Counted from the first letter of the whole stretch, positions 14,114 to 27,700 are shown. The stretch is 63,097 nucleotides of DNA, filler included, from Octopus bimaculoides (GCF_001194135.2; 4 parts of 4 records of this genome joined end to end with filler, not necessarily neighbours in it), one strand, 5' to 3'. The notes: generated from the letters alone by a model not told the origin. A program made the numbers and translations.

Positions 14114-14208
14114 CCATCATTGCACTTCATCTCATCCATATTCTCTGCCTGTTGTAGGAAACTAGGAAGTTCCTCAATTTCATGGTCGGCTCCTGAAGTA
14201 GAGGACAT
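14114..14208 (-). CDS. Candidate first coding exon
   Basis: gccATG context, MSSTSGADHEIEELPSFLQQAENMDEMKCND, donor gg|gtaaca (phase 2, compatible with the 5927 acceptor). A stronger donor at 14055 would give a different model. Confidence 0.25.
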
Positions 14209-15433
14209 GGCGATAATTTTCGGTGTTTCCAAGCATCCTACGCGTCCAAAGCCCTACCAGAAAACATATCCAGCGTGTATTGCCTTAAATCAAGCACATT
14301 TCATAAGACAGGTTTCCGTAAAATATCCTTCAAATTTCATTCACAGGGAAATTTTTTAATCAAGTTTTGGTAGATTTCGAAGACATTTTCGATAAGTGAC
14401 ATTCTAGGGAATCAAACGAAAATACGACTAGCAGCAAAGGGAATTTCATCAACGTACATTTATGCCTGCCTGCCTCCTACCACTAACGTGCATGTGAGTT
14501 TTTTTTTATATGCGTATATCTGTATCTATCTGGATGTATTTGGATGTTTTCCTGCGTATCTTTGCATTTATCTACGCATGTGCATCTTCGCATTTATTAA
14601 GTGTGAACGCATGTTCGGTTGAATGTATACTTATGCATTTGTACGTCATTATATGTATCTATATGTAAATATACATGCACATATCTGTATATATAACTGT
14701 ATATATATATATATATNNNNNNNNNNNNNNNNNNNNNNNNNNNNNNNNNNNNNNNNNNNNNNNNNNNNNNNNNNNNNNNNNNNNNNNNNNNNNNNNNNNN
14801 NNNNNNNNNNNNNNNNNNNNNNNNNNNNNNNNNNNNNNNNNNNNNNNNNNNNNNNNNNNNNNNNNNNNNNNNNNNNATATATAAATATATATATATATAT
14901 ACATATGTATGTATGTATGTATATGTATATATATTTCCATTTGTATGTAGTTATATGAATAAGTACATGTGTATATACACATATGCGTATGCATCGACTT
15001 CTTTTCCCAAGCTTCCTCCGTATACCACCGACTCTCTCTGATTCACACCGAAGTCACTTTATCTTTCAGTGCATAGCAATTTAATTAAAATAATTATGTT
15101 CGTTGCTTCTTTAATCTGTCACTGTATATTGCCATGTGTCCGTATTTGTATGCGTATGAATATATCTATGTGTGTGCGTGCGTATATATATATAATTCAG
15201 TGCTTGTGTGTGTGTATATGTGTACGTGTGTTTGTATGTATGTGTGTGTTTATGTGTCCCAGGTCGCCCGGATGTCTGTATATCTAATCTTCTTCTGGAA
15301 AAGCAATCTATCTCTCCATCTGTCTCTCCGTCTATCTGGCTTACTGTATTGTCGTGTGCACTCGTATGTGTGTGTGTGTGTGTGTGTGTGTGTATGCGCG
15401 TGTATTCTTCCCAATAACCTTGTTTTCTTTCAT

Positions 15434-15470
<37 letters not shown>

Positions 15471-15493
15471 CACACACATACACATGCAACCAT

Positions 15494-15538
<45 letters not shown>

Positions 15539-16606
15539 GAGACAAAGAGAGAGAGAGAGAGAGATGTATATATATATNNNNNNNNNNNNNNNNNNNNNNN
15601 NNNNNNNNNNNNNNNNNNNNNNNNNNNNNNNNNNNNNNNNNNNNNNNNNNNNNNNNNNNNNNNNNNNNNNNNNNNNNNNNNNNNNNNNNNNNNNNNNNNN
15701 NNNNNNNNNNNNNNNNNNNNNNNNNNNNNNNNNNNNNNNNNNNNNNNNNNNNNNNNNNNNNNNNNNNNNNNNNNNNNNNNNNNNNNNNNNNNNNNNNNNN
15801 NNNNNNNNNNNNNNNNNNNNNNNNNNNNNNNNNNNNNNNNNNNNNNNNNNNNNNNNNNNNNNNNNNNNNNNNNNNNNNNNNNNNNNNNNNNNNNNNNNNN
15901 NNNNNNNNNNNNNNNNNNNNNNNNNNNNNNNNNNNNNNNNNNNNNNNNNNNNNNNNNNNNNNNNNNNNNNNNNNNNNNNNNNNNNNNNNNNNNNNNNNNN
16001 NNNNNNNNNNNNNNNNNNNNNNNNNNNNNNNNNNNNNNNNNNNNNNNNNNNNNNNNNNNNNNNNNNNNNNNNNNNNNNNNNNNNNNNNNNNNNNNNNNNN
16101 NNNNNNNNNNNNNNNNNNNNNNNNNNNNNNNNNNNNNNNNNNNNNNNNNNNNNNNNNNNNNNNNNNNNNNNNNNNNNNNNNNNNNNNNNNNNNNNNNNNN
16201 NNNNNNNNNNNNNNNNNNNNNNNNNNNNNNNNNNNNNNNNNNNNNNNNNNNNNNNNNNNNNNNNNNNNNNNNNNNNNNNNNNNNNNNNNNNNNNNNNNNN
16301 NNNNNNNNNNNNNNNNNNNNNNNNNNNNNNNNNNNNNNNNNNNNNNNNNNNNNNNNNNNNNNNNNNNNNNNNNNNNNNNNNNNNNNNNNNNNNNNNNNNN
16401 NNNNNNNNNNNNNNNNNNNNNNNNNNNATATATATATATATATAACGTAGGAAAGAATAAAGTTGCTAAAATCGATATCGAAATTTGTATGATTTCTCTG
16501 ATACAGTAGTTGAACGCCTGTCATCTGTACGACAGATATGTGTTCGAGTCCCACGATCAGCATTACAATTTTTCTATTTAAAAGGCTTTTGCCACCCAAT
16601 AAACCT

Positions 16607-16884
16607 TAAGGCAGGGCAAACGTGTCAAGTCGTATACAATATTATTATTGAAAAAATTCAAAGTCTTACACCTATTTCTCGGTTATCCCCGGGTATGGAA
16701 TATTCCATCATCAGAGACAAATAGGGGAAAATAGGGAAAATGCGGATGGCATATAGTAATTTTCCCTATTTGTCTCTGAGGACGGAATGTCCCAAACTCG
16801 GAGATATCCTAAAAACAGCTGTAAGACTTTGAATTTTTTCCAATAACCGTATTGTATATGACTTGAGATGTTTGCTTTGCCTTA
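16607..16884. repeat. Long inverted repeat carrying two decayed Penelope-type HHR copies
   Basis: Arms about 16607-16740 and 16760-16884. The + arm has gtct-CTGAGGA...aaaaa-cagctg-TA-agac (GAAA lost). The - arm has gtct-CTGATGA...GAAA-taggtg-TA-agac (stem III mutated). Confidence 0.75.
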
Positions 16885-17917
16885 ACCACTGTTGTCCACT
16901 TTAACAATTATATATCCGCTGCATCGGAAATCTGCAATGGTTCCATAACTACCGTCTCGGTTATAAACTTGGAGCCCTAATAATGCGTTACACCACTTAC
17001 CTAGTGTACCTAACCGTTTAGATCACCCGTGAACTAAACCCCATACTTCGTATGTTTGGACATATACATATATATATATNNNNNNNNNNNNNNNNNNNNN
17101 NNNNNNNNNNNNNNNNNNNNNNNTTAATTAATTAANNNNNNNNNNNNNNNNNNNNNNNNNNNNNNNNNNNNNNNNNNNNTATATATATGTATATATATGT
17201 ATATGTATATGAAATATATATGAACAACATTATTCTCTTTACTCCTTGTATTTTGGGGTAATTGGTAAGCTCAATTCACTTTTCAATGCTACAGTATCGA
17301 TCTGTTTCTTACACTACATATCGCATTAGTGTTTACACGAATTATGATCAATTACTATCTCCAGCCAATATGTTTCTTCGCCTACATAAGCATAATGTTA
17401 TGCATTCCCATTAGTTCGTATACAGACACGCCTATATATACACACAGAAAATATTTACATTTGTAGAGATGTATGCACGGATGTATCTGTATTGATATAT
17501 ATATATATATATATATAAATATGTATAACCATGAGTTTAGGAGTGTGTTCGTGTGTGTCTAGATTTCTGTTCGTTACGATGTACAAAAGACAAGTGAGTC
17601 GAATTGTCTATAGAGTGGATGGACGGAGCGATTGAAAACCTGACACCAAGAGCATGAATATAAAACGAACCGAAAAACAGAAATTGTGTATATTATATAT
17701 CAATACTCAAATTTATTTATGTAAATAGACATATGCATACACTTAAACAATTTAATTCGTGTATATGTAGCAGCACATAATTTTATTTATACGTATGCAT
17801 ATGTAAATATTTACTATATTCAGAATTAGTATCTATTATACTTTTCACCCTAAAAATTGAGTGCGTACACACACAGAAAGCCACACAACTGCACACATAT
17901 ACACGTACACAAAGATA

Positions 17918-17974
<57 letters not shown>

Positions 17975-18586
17975 NNNNNNNNNNNNNNNNNNNNNNNNNN
18001 NNNNNNNNNNNNNNNNNNNNNNNNNNNNNNNNNNNNNNNNNNNNNNNNNNNNNNNNNNNNNNNNNNNNNNNNNNNNNNNNNNNNNNNNNNNNNNNNNNNN
18101 NNNNNNNNNNNNNNNNNNNNNNNNNNNNNNNNNNNNNNNNNNNNNNNNNNNNNNNNNNNNNNNNNNNNNNNNNNNNNNNNNNNNNNNNNNNNNNNNNNNN
18201 NNNNNNNNNNNNNNNNNNNNNNNNNNNNNNNNNNNNNNNNNNNNNNNNNNNNNNNNNNNNNNNNNNNNNNNNNNNNNNNNNNNNNNNNNNNNNNNNNNNN
18301 NNNNNNNNNNNNNNNNNNNNNNNNNNNNNNNNNNNNNNNNNNNNNNNNNNNNNNNNNNNNNNNNNNNNNNNNNNNNNNNNNNNNNNNNNNNNNNNNNNNN
18401 NNNNNNNNNNNNNNNNNNNNNNNNNNNGAAACAGTACAAAAACATTAATAAAACATCTGATGATATTTTTTTCATGTAAAGTCTTTTTACATGTTGGATG
18501 TGCAAAAAATAAAGGGCCGAATAATAAATTTGCATTTTTCTTTATTTTTATCTCTAGCTCCCACATACAAATCTGATATACACATC

Positions 18587-18638
<52 letters not shown>

Positions 18639-19377
18639 ATGTATGTATATGTATGTATTTATATACATACATTCGTACAAAGAAATGATTATAAATATAG
18701 ATATTGTATAGATGCTTATATGTATACAAAGAATAATGCATTCTCATATATATATTCTCATATATTGTATTCACCGATATGCATATCATAATTTATGTAT
18801 TTATAATATAAATTCCATACATATGTGTGTGCAAGTGCGTGTGCTTGTGTGTGTGTATGCATATATATTTACACACACACAATACACACACAATACACAC
18901 ACACATACACATAACTCTCGAACGGTGTTTTCGGACGTTTTCAGTCCCTGTCAGTAAATCTGTATACAATTATGAGCATTGACTACATCATTAGAGAACT
19001 TTAGCTCTTATCTCTAGCAGTGTATGTGTTTCTAGCACTCTAGTCATATTTACGGACGATTATAATTTTCATTTTTGGTGAAACATTGCAAACTCCTCTC
19101 TACAGTAATTTTATGCATATGAGATATATATATACATATATATAGAAATAGATGTGTGTATTCTTCCCTTGATTAATAGCGTTCAGTTCATCCCTATCAA
19201 TATCCATCACATTCTGTTAAGATGTCTTATCGACAAGTTTGCTTTATTTCTTCATTTCCCTGCAGAGAAGATAACATTGTCTTAGACCATGTTATTTCTT
19301 TGAAATAATACCAATAGTGTCTTCGAAACATGTGTTGGAAGTTAAAGAATTTGAATAACACCGCGTTTAACTCCATT

Positions 19378-19479
<102 letters not shown>

Positions 19480-19540
19480 TGTGTGTATGTGTGTGTGTGT
19501 ATGTGTGTGTGTGTGTGTATTACTGATGAAGTCCTGTTTA

Positions 19541-19586
19541 TAGGTTCACCCTGGGTTTCTCGCCATAGGCGTATCATCAGACCCTA
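19541..19586 (-). ncRNA. Hammerhead-like motif with non-cleavable GUG triplet
   Basis: Minus strand tagggt-CTGATGA-ta-cgcc/tat/ggcg-a-GAAA-cccaggg-TG-aaccta. Stem I pairs 5 of 6, and position 17 is G. Confidence 0.55.
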
Positions 19587-20456
19587 AGACTTGTTGTCCT
19601 ATGGCCTCTTTAACGTATGGAGCGGGAAACGAACCGGATATAAACAATGGGGGCTATCTTCCACTTGTGGTGATCATCAGCTTTCGGCAACGTCGTCCTC
19701 CTTCAACTACGCTACCTGTGGACTGTGAGGATAGGAGGCAAGGTTTTCTCCACTCTCATTAGCAATCGATTTCCAGCTGTTATCGAAATATTATCGCTAC
19801 TGCGTTTTTATGTTTTTCTAAAAAAAATGTTATATATATATATGTATATATATATATATAAGAGTATGTGCCGGTACAGCTGTAACAGAGTATATTTGTA
19901 TTGAAATTTATTGAAAGGCTGGATGTGCTGTTTTAATAGTACCTCGTGCACCGAAGAGAAGCATACACATACATTCTTACACAATAGTGTTGTAAATAGC
20001 TGTAGATTTTGGGGTTTCGGATTCATTTCCATATGGATTTTGCGTGTTGTGCCTTTTGATATATGATGGCTTAAAGGACTTTGTTGCTGCGGTCGTAGGT
20101 GTTGCGGCTCTTGCTGTTGCAATAGGTGTAATTGTTGTTGTGGTTTTTGGTCATGTGGTTTGGCATTGCAGTAATTGTTGTTTTTGTTTTTAGTGCTCAT
20201 TGCAGGCTGTGGTTGTTGGAAATATTTGAACCTGTTTATCTATAAGATTTCTAATGTTGAGAAATACTGCACCATGTGTTAATGAGAATGATGCCTTCAC
20301 TTTCAGACGAGTCGCGATTAGTGCGGTCGGGTTTTTGCCGACATTGCGGAGTTACTTGTCTTTTCTGCCTCTGTTGTTGCTATTGTTACTGTTGTTGTTA
20401 TTGTCGTTGTTATTGTCGTCGTCGTCGTTGTTGTTGTTGTTGTTGTTGTTGTTCTT

Positions 20457-20487
<31 letters not shown>

Positions 20488-20749
20488 TTCGTCTTCTTCT
20501 TCTTCTTCTTCTTCTTCTTCTTCTTCTTCTTCTTCTTCTTCTTCTTCTTCTTCTTCTTCACAACAGCAAATAAAAGAAGCAAATTATGAACAAAATATTT
20601 ATATTGTGGATTTCTTTGTATGAGAGTAAAGAAAGTTATTCGTGAACGTTAAAATATTGAAACGCTTGTTAAAATATCGTGTAAATTTGTGTGTATTTCA
20701 TAAGAGAAATTTTGTGTACTCACGAATATTTGACGATAGGATATTGATT

Positions 20750-21310
20750 GTTGACGGTACAAAAATTAAAAATATCAAGGATTCAAAATAAGAGAGACCC
20801 ACACTTAGATTTGTGATGTAGTTGCTGACAAGCAACGGCATACTGTTGTCCGCTTTGATCTCTCTACATGTAACAAAATAGAAAACTAAAGCACTCCAGA
20901 TATCGATCACAAGGAAAATAGACATGAAAGCTTTTATTATTGGGATCGTCGCGAGAAAATTTAACTTTATTCCCTCCAATGCTAATATCTTTTCTATGAA
21001 GTGGAAAATATTCCTGAAGCACCGCACAAGTGATTTTGGATTAAACTTTAAAATACACGCTAGACTTGGTCCCTATGCTATCCGTCTTCTACAAAATTTA
21101 TTCGCGCGTCACATCACAGCAGAATTCAAATGGCTATGCTCGCTTTAACATCATGCCAAGCTGCATGAGAAAAGAAAAATAGCTCATAACATTCAAAGGG
21201 GTCCTGGGTGCATATCTCCAACAAATTCCAGGTAAATCTCCTACACACGGATATATCTCTGTAAACATCAACTCTTTACGCAAAATGGCTATGGAACAAC
21301 TTCTGTAATA
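20750..21310 (+). mobile_element. CR1-like LINE 3' fragment
   Basis: YWDRREKFN...NFKIHARLGP...FNIMPSCMRKEK..TFKGVLGAYLQQIPG, homologous by eye to the 35.8-kb fragment. Confidence 0.7.
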
Positions 21311-21332
21311 TTCAATGTCTTTCCAGGTCGTA

Positions 21333-21742
21333 ATATTCTTTTCTACTCTAAGCACAAGGAGCGAAAGTTTTGGGAGGGGCCAATCGATTAGATCGACATC
21401 AGTACGCAACTGGATCTTAATTTATCGACCACGAAAGGAGCAAAGCAAAGTCGACATCGGTGGAATTTGAACTCAGAACATAAAGACAGACGAAATAACG
21501 CTAAGCATTTCGCCCGGCGTGCTAACGTTTCTTATTTCTTTACTACCCACAAGGGGCTACACACAGAGGGGACAAACAAGGACATCGACCCCAGTGCGTA
21601 ACTGGTACTTAATTTATCGACCCCGAAAGAATGAAAGGCAAAGTCGACATCGACGGAATAATTTGAACTCAGAACGTAGTGGCAGACGAAATACCGCTAA
21701 CCATTTCGCCCGGCGTGCTAACGCTTCTGCCAACTCGCCACC
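21333..21742 (-). mobile_element. SINE dimer: SINE with Tx1-like tail followed by headless SINE
   Basis: Junction ...ccccttgtgggtagtaaagaaataag|aaacgttagcacgccggg at about 21530. Confidence 0.85.
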
Positions 21743-21756
21743 TTTTCTTTTTTTTT

Positions 21757-21870
21757 AATGTTTACAGCACCTAGGTTTCCCAAGCGGTCACCCATCTAAG
21801 TACTAACTAGGCTCAACTTTGCTTAACTTCGGTGATCGGACGAGAACCGATGTTTTCAAAGTGATACGGC
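21757..21870 (-). pseudogene. 5S rRNA retropseudogene (5'-truncated, A-tailed)
   Basis: Minus strand gccgtatcactttgaaaacatcggttctcgtccgatcaccgaagttaagcaaagttgagcctagttagtacttagatgggtgaccgcttgggaaacctaggtgctgtaaacatt matches metazoan 5S from about nt 8. It is followed by an A-run rather than a T terminator. Confidence 0.9.
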
Positions 21871-22020
21871 GTGCTAACGTTTCTGCCAGCTCGCCGCCTC
21901 CATGTAGTAATATTAATTTAGTAATGGCCTATGTCAATTCTGGCCGAAATTCATCTATCTCTCTAATTATCTAACTAGAGAGAGATAGATAGATAGGGAG
22001 AGAGTGAGAGAGAGAGAGAC

Positions 22021-22052
<32 letters not shown>

Positions 22053-22134
22053 GTAGATAGATAGATAGACATAGATATATGTCTCTATTCATATCTATAT
22101 ATATGTGTATGTGTCAGCATTTGTGTTTTATGAG

Positions 22135-22352
22135 AGCGGTGAGCTGGCAGAAACGTTGGCACGCCGGGTGTAATGTTTAGCGGTATTTCGTCAGTCTTTA
22201 CGTTCTGAGTTCAAATTTCGCCCAGGTCGACTTTGTCTTTCATCCTTTCGAGGTCGATAAATTAAGTACCAGTTATGTGCTGGAGTCGATCTAATCGACT
22301 GGCACCCAACCCCAAACATTTCGAGCCTTGTGCCGAGAGTAGAAAAGGGTAT
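22135..22352 (+). mobile_element. Full-length tRNA-derived SINE
   Basis: gcggtgagctggcagaaacgttggcacg...gagttcaaattt...gtcgataaattaagtaccag...cttgtgccgagagtagaaaag. Confidence 0.9.
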
Positions 22353-22946
22353 TTGAGATTTATGTGTAAAATTTGTTATTTTTTATGTGGAAAATTTGTT
22401 ATTTTTTATGTGGAAAATTTGTTTATGTCACACAAATAGAAAGAAACAGAAAGAGGGAGAGAGATTATTACAAAATATGTATGTATCACAGATTATGCGT
22501 GCAAGTGTGTTTGTTTGTATGCGTCTGCGTGTGTGTGTGTGTATGTTTGTGTTACTGCGTGCATGTGAATGTATGCGTGCGCGGAGTGTGTGTGCGTGCG
22601 TGTGTGAGTTCTAGAAAGCGATAGATACAGAAAACAGTAAGCGAAGGGATGCACTGCTGGAGCCGTAAATTTACACCTAAAAACCTCACACCAGTTTCTG
22701 ACACCACTAACCTCTACCCGTTCACTCAACCATTTCTAATATTTATTTGTATTTTTAAGTTCAATAAATGTTTTTCATTAATTTTTTTTTAATACTCACA
22801 CACATACACACTCATAAAAAAATATAAACATACATATATATATATATATATACATATATACATATATATGTATGTAGAATCAAATATATGTATATGTGCA
22901 TATATACATGTATGTATATACATATGTATATAGACATATATATATT

Positions 22947-23024
<78 letters not shown>

Positions 23025-23374
23025 GACAATATATATATATATATATATATATGCTCACATACGTACACAAACACCTAGATGCACACAAACGCACACACTC
23101 GTACACACAGACGTACATGAATGCACGCACTTAGAAATACAAACATACACACGATCCTTTATTTTTTTATATACACAGAGCAGAAACAGGGAAGAAAAAA
23201 AAAATTGCGTGTCAGGGAGCGGATTTGCGTTTCTGATTTAATGAATGTCGTGAGTGATTTGTTGAGAATGTCATAATGGTTAAAAATGAAATGAAAATGA
23301 AAAGAAAAGAAAAAAAGGAGTAATCTAAGATCACGGTCAGAGTGAATATAAAGTTAAAAGCAATTAAGATACAG

Positions 23375-24288
23375 AGTGGTGATGATGATGAGGATGAGGA
23401 TGATGATGAGGATAATGATGATGATGATGATGATGATGACAATGATGAGTAGGAAGGGGAGGAAGACGATGACGATATCGTCGACGACGCTGATGAGGGT
23501 AATGATGATGAGGAAGAGCAGGAGGAGGAGTGGAGGAGAGGAGGAGAGGAGGAGATGAGGAGAGGAGGAGTGGAGGAGAGGAGGAGAACGAACGGGAAAG
23601 GATGAAAACGATGATGGTGATGACAATGATGAANNNNNNNNNNNNNNNNNNNNNNNNNNNNNNNNNNNNNNNNNNNNNNNNNNNNNNNNNNNNNNNNNNN
23701 NNNNNNNNNGGAGGAGTGGAGGAGCGGAGGAGTGGAGGAGGGGAGGAGAGGAGGAGTGGAGGAGATGAGGAGAGGAGGAGTGGAGGAGAGCAGGAGAACG
23801 AACGGGAAAGGATGAAAACGATGATGGTGATGACAATGATGAAATCGATGGCGTTGAAAACATTGATTGTGACGATGATGATGCCGATGATGATGATGAT
23901 TATGATGATGATGATGGTGGCGGTGGTGGTGTTGAGGTGATGATGATGGTGGTGATGATGATGATGACGACGACGACGATGACGATGATGTTGATGAAGT
24001 TGATGATGATGGTGTTGAATAATGATGATGACGAAGATGACTGCGATGACAATGATGATAATGAAGGTGATGATGACGGTGAAGAAGAAGAGGAAGGAGA
24101 ACAGAATCATCGTCATGATCATCATTATCCTTTTCACCACGAGGACGACTGCGGCAACGACAGGATACAATTAATGACAATGGCGATGATGACGATGAGG
24201 AGGTAGAGCATGAAGAGTGTTCATCATGATGATGATGATCATCATCATCATCATCAGCCCCATCATGATAATGATCGTGATAATGTTG

Positions 24289-24320
<32 letters not shown>

Positions 24321-24511
24321 GGTGGTGACGGTGGTAGCAAGGATTTTGGAGGTAGATTGTATGACGTTGGTTAATAATGGTAACTAACAGGATGATGACG
24401 ATGATGATGATGAAGTTGAAAAAGTGGAGTAGTGGGAGGGACGATCACAAGACCTATGACGATGTCGCCGACAAACGCAATGATATTGATAATGCAGCAG
24501 ATTCCTCTTCT

Positions 24512-24560
<49 letters not shown>

Positions 24561-24700
24561 GATATAATAGCGGTGTTGATAGCGGTGCTAATAATGTTAG
24601 CAGCTGCTGAACACAAAGAAAAAATAATAACAATAATAATAATAATAATAATAATGATAATAATAATAATAATAAATAAATAAATAAATAAATAAACAAA
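23375..24700. repeat. Compound GAT/GAG/GGT/AAT microsatellite field with a ~110-bp duplicated unit
   Basis: Directly visible. The unit at about 23520-23633 recurs at about 23740-23843 across an N gap. Confidence 0.93.
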
Positions 24701-25060
24701 GACAATAAAGTCCATTATTCAAATAAATAAGCAAACAGATGAAAATCCGTTTAGTCTTTTAAACGGAATTCGTGGTTCATGGCCGAAAGCTCTTTGACCG
24801 TATTACATTTTAAATGTTTCAATTATTCACCTTTTACCCTGCAATTCAAAAGTTGGTTTCGATCAGCCTCCTAAATATATCCGCGTGTTCCTATGTGTGT
24901 GTGCGCGAGCGTCTGTGTGTTTGTCTGTGTGTGTGTTTGTGTGATTATGTGTGCGTGTGTGTGTGTGCGTCCCTACATATGTGTGCTGAGTTTGACAATC
25001 TAAGATGTCAAAGTACTGTTTTCGATTTTGCGTTTGTGTAAGCATAACGTTACACACACA

Positions 25061-25119
<59 letters not shown>

Positions 25120-27638
25120 ATGTATACTCTCGTACTTATGGACATTCGCATATATACGCAATATATTTGGTTTTAGATTAAAAGATCACTTGAACGGTTT
25201 GTGTTTAACTTTTAAACTTCAGCGATAGTTGCATCTGATTTAAAATTTCCCACACTATTTCGTCTATATCTAAGACTCTCCTGCACATTACAAGCTAGTT
25301 ACACAGGGAACTGATGCCTTCAATTATATCCCTACTAGAGCTCTGTTGACCAGCCGAAAACATGAATGCCAGCAATTTGCAATTACTGAGCCAAGCAACA
25401 ATGAAACCTTTGAAGACTGCTTCGTGCTTCACAATGCTAGTACTAGCATGTATGTCTCTCTGAAATCCCCGTATACTATCATTAAAAATGGGGATGTCAC
25501 ATTACACAATGTGATAATGAAAATGCCGCATTAAGTGAGCAGTATTTATATAAATTGTTGGGTAAGTTTGTAAAGCATTTGAGCGTATATCTGTTCATGC
25601 AGGGCTGACCTAAAGTTTATAAAGGAACAACCAACCAATAAATCAACCTCTAAACAAAACAGCCAAGCAGTAAACAAGAATGAAATAGACAAAAACTGGA
25701 AATACGATTGAAATTGGACAAATGACACGGGATTATGATAAAAATGGTAAAATAAATAGAATGAGTGTGAAATAATAACGATTTAGGAAGCGGAGAAGGG
25801 GAGGAAGCAGAGAGGGGGAGGAGGAGGAGGAGGAGGAAGAGAAGAGGAAGAGGGGAAACAGAGAGAGATATACCAATACACTGCATGACTAACAGACAGA
25901 CTGACAGACAAGCAGTCACGTTAACTGACTGACTTCATGGACATAGAGACAGACTAATGGAAAGTAAAACAGAAGTGCTTCCTCAACATTTTTGATTGAT
26001 GTACGAACAATACAAGTACATCCTCTATATATACAGACACATATAAAGTGTTCACACACACATACATATGTATGTACGCTGTATATAAGTATATATGTAT
26101 TATTATACATATATATGTATGTTATAGATATATGTATATATATGTTATATACATATGCATTTATATATATATATATATATATNNNNNNNNNNNNNNNNNN
26201 NNNNNNNNNNNNNNNNNNNNNNNNNNNNNNNNNNNNNNNNNNNNNNNNNNNNNNNNNNNNNNNNNNNNNNNNNNNNNNNNNNNNNNNNNNNNNNNNNNNN
26301 NNNNNNNNNNNNNNNNNNNNNNNNNNNNNNNNNNNNNNNNNNNNNNNNNNNNNNNNNNNNNNNNNNNNNNNNNNNNNNNNNNNNNNNNNNNNNNNNNNNN
26401 NNNNNNNNNNNNNNNNNNNNNNNNNNNNNNNNNNNNNNNNNNNNNNNNNNNNNNNNNNNNNNNNNNNNNNNNNNNNNNNNNNNNNNNNNNNNNNNNNNNN
26501 NNNNNNNNNNNNNNNNNNNNNNNNNNNNNNNNNNNNNNNNNNNNNNNNNNNNNNNNNNNNNNNNNNNNNNNNNNNNNNNNNNNNNNNNNNNNNNNNNNNN
26601 NNNNNNNNNNNNNNNNNNNNNNNNNNNNNNNNNNNNNNNNNNNNNNNNNNNNNNNNNNNNNNNNNNNNNNNNNNNNNNNNNNNNNNNNNNNNNNNNNNNN
26701 NNNNNNNNNNNNNNNNNNNNNNNNNNNNNNNNNNNNNNNNNNNNNNNNNNNNNNNNNNNNNNNNNNNNNNNNNNNNNNNNNNNNNNNNNNNNNNNNNNNN
26801 NNNNNNNNNNNNNNNNNNNNNNNNNNNNNNNNNNNNNNNNNNNNNNNNNNNNNNNNNNNNNNNNNNNNNNNNNNNNNNNNNNNNNNNNNNNNNNNNNNNN
26901 NNNNNNNNNNNNNNNNNNNNNNNNNNNNNNNNNNNNNNNNNNNNNNNNNNNNNNNNNNNNNNNNNNNNNNNNNNNNNNNNNNNNNNNNNNNNNNNNNNNN
27001 NNNNNNNNNNNNNNNNNNNNNNNNNNNNNNNNNNNNNNNNNNNNNNNNNTATATATACGTACACATACACAAAGAGGGGCACGCATTTGGCGTGCGTGTA
27101 TTTAAAGCGAGTTGGGTGAACGTAAAAAGCTCAATGCAAAAAGATTGCGTGTCAAAGAATAAAAACTGTGACAAAAATTTTCATATTTCGTCAATTTCTT
27201 TTATTAATACTCAGAATTTCTGTTTCTCTGTCATTTTTTTCTTTTACTTTTTTGCATTTTTAAAAATAGTTTTTTTTTTCGTTAATAATTTTATATTTTA
27301 CTTTATCATGTATGTTTCATTCCTTCTTTTTTATTAAATATCTACTTGCTAATGTTTATGTGTTTTATTGTATATGTATGTGTGCATTTCTGTATGTATG
27401 TATGTATGTATGTATGTATGTGTGTGTATGTATGTATGTGTATGTGCGCATATATAAGTGTGCATTTGGTGGATCTCTGTAAAATATTAAACAAAAGTGA
27501 TGCATTATATATAATCCGACACATACATGCAGGCAAATATAAACACACAATTAGGCTCACACATACACTAACACACACACACATTCACAGAAAAACGCAT
27601 TCATATATACACCCATGTATATATATGTATATATATAC

Positions 27639-27700
<62 letters not shown>

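Noticed and set aside
17124-17135. TTAATTAATTAA island inside an N gap (also 35450-35461 and 51967-51978)
   Set aside because: An identical 12-mer with stops in all six frames, always flanked by Ns, is most likely an assembly/scaffolding spacer rather than biology.
21333-21742. Repeated SINE segments with spacers, CRISPR-like at a glance
   Set aside because: These are eukaryotic SINE dimers, with no regular repeat-spacer periodicity and no cas genes.
23517-23843. ~110-bp direct duplication
   Set aside because: The copies straddle an N gap, so this may be unmerged contig overlap. It cannot be distinguished from a minisatellite here.
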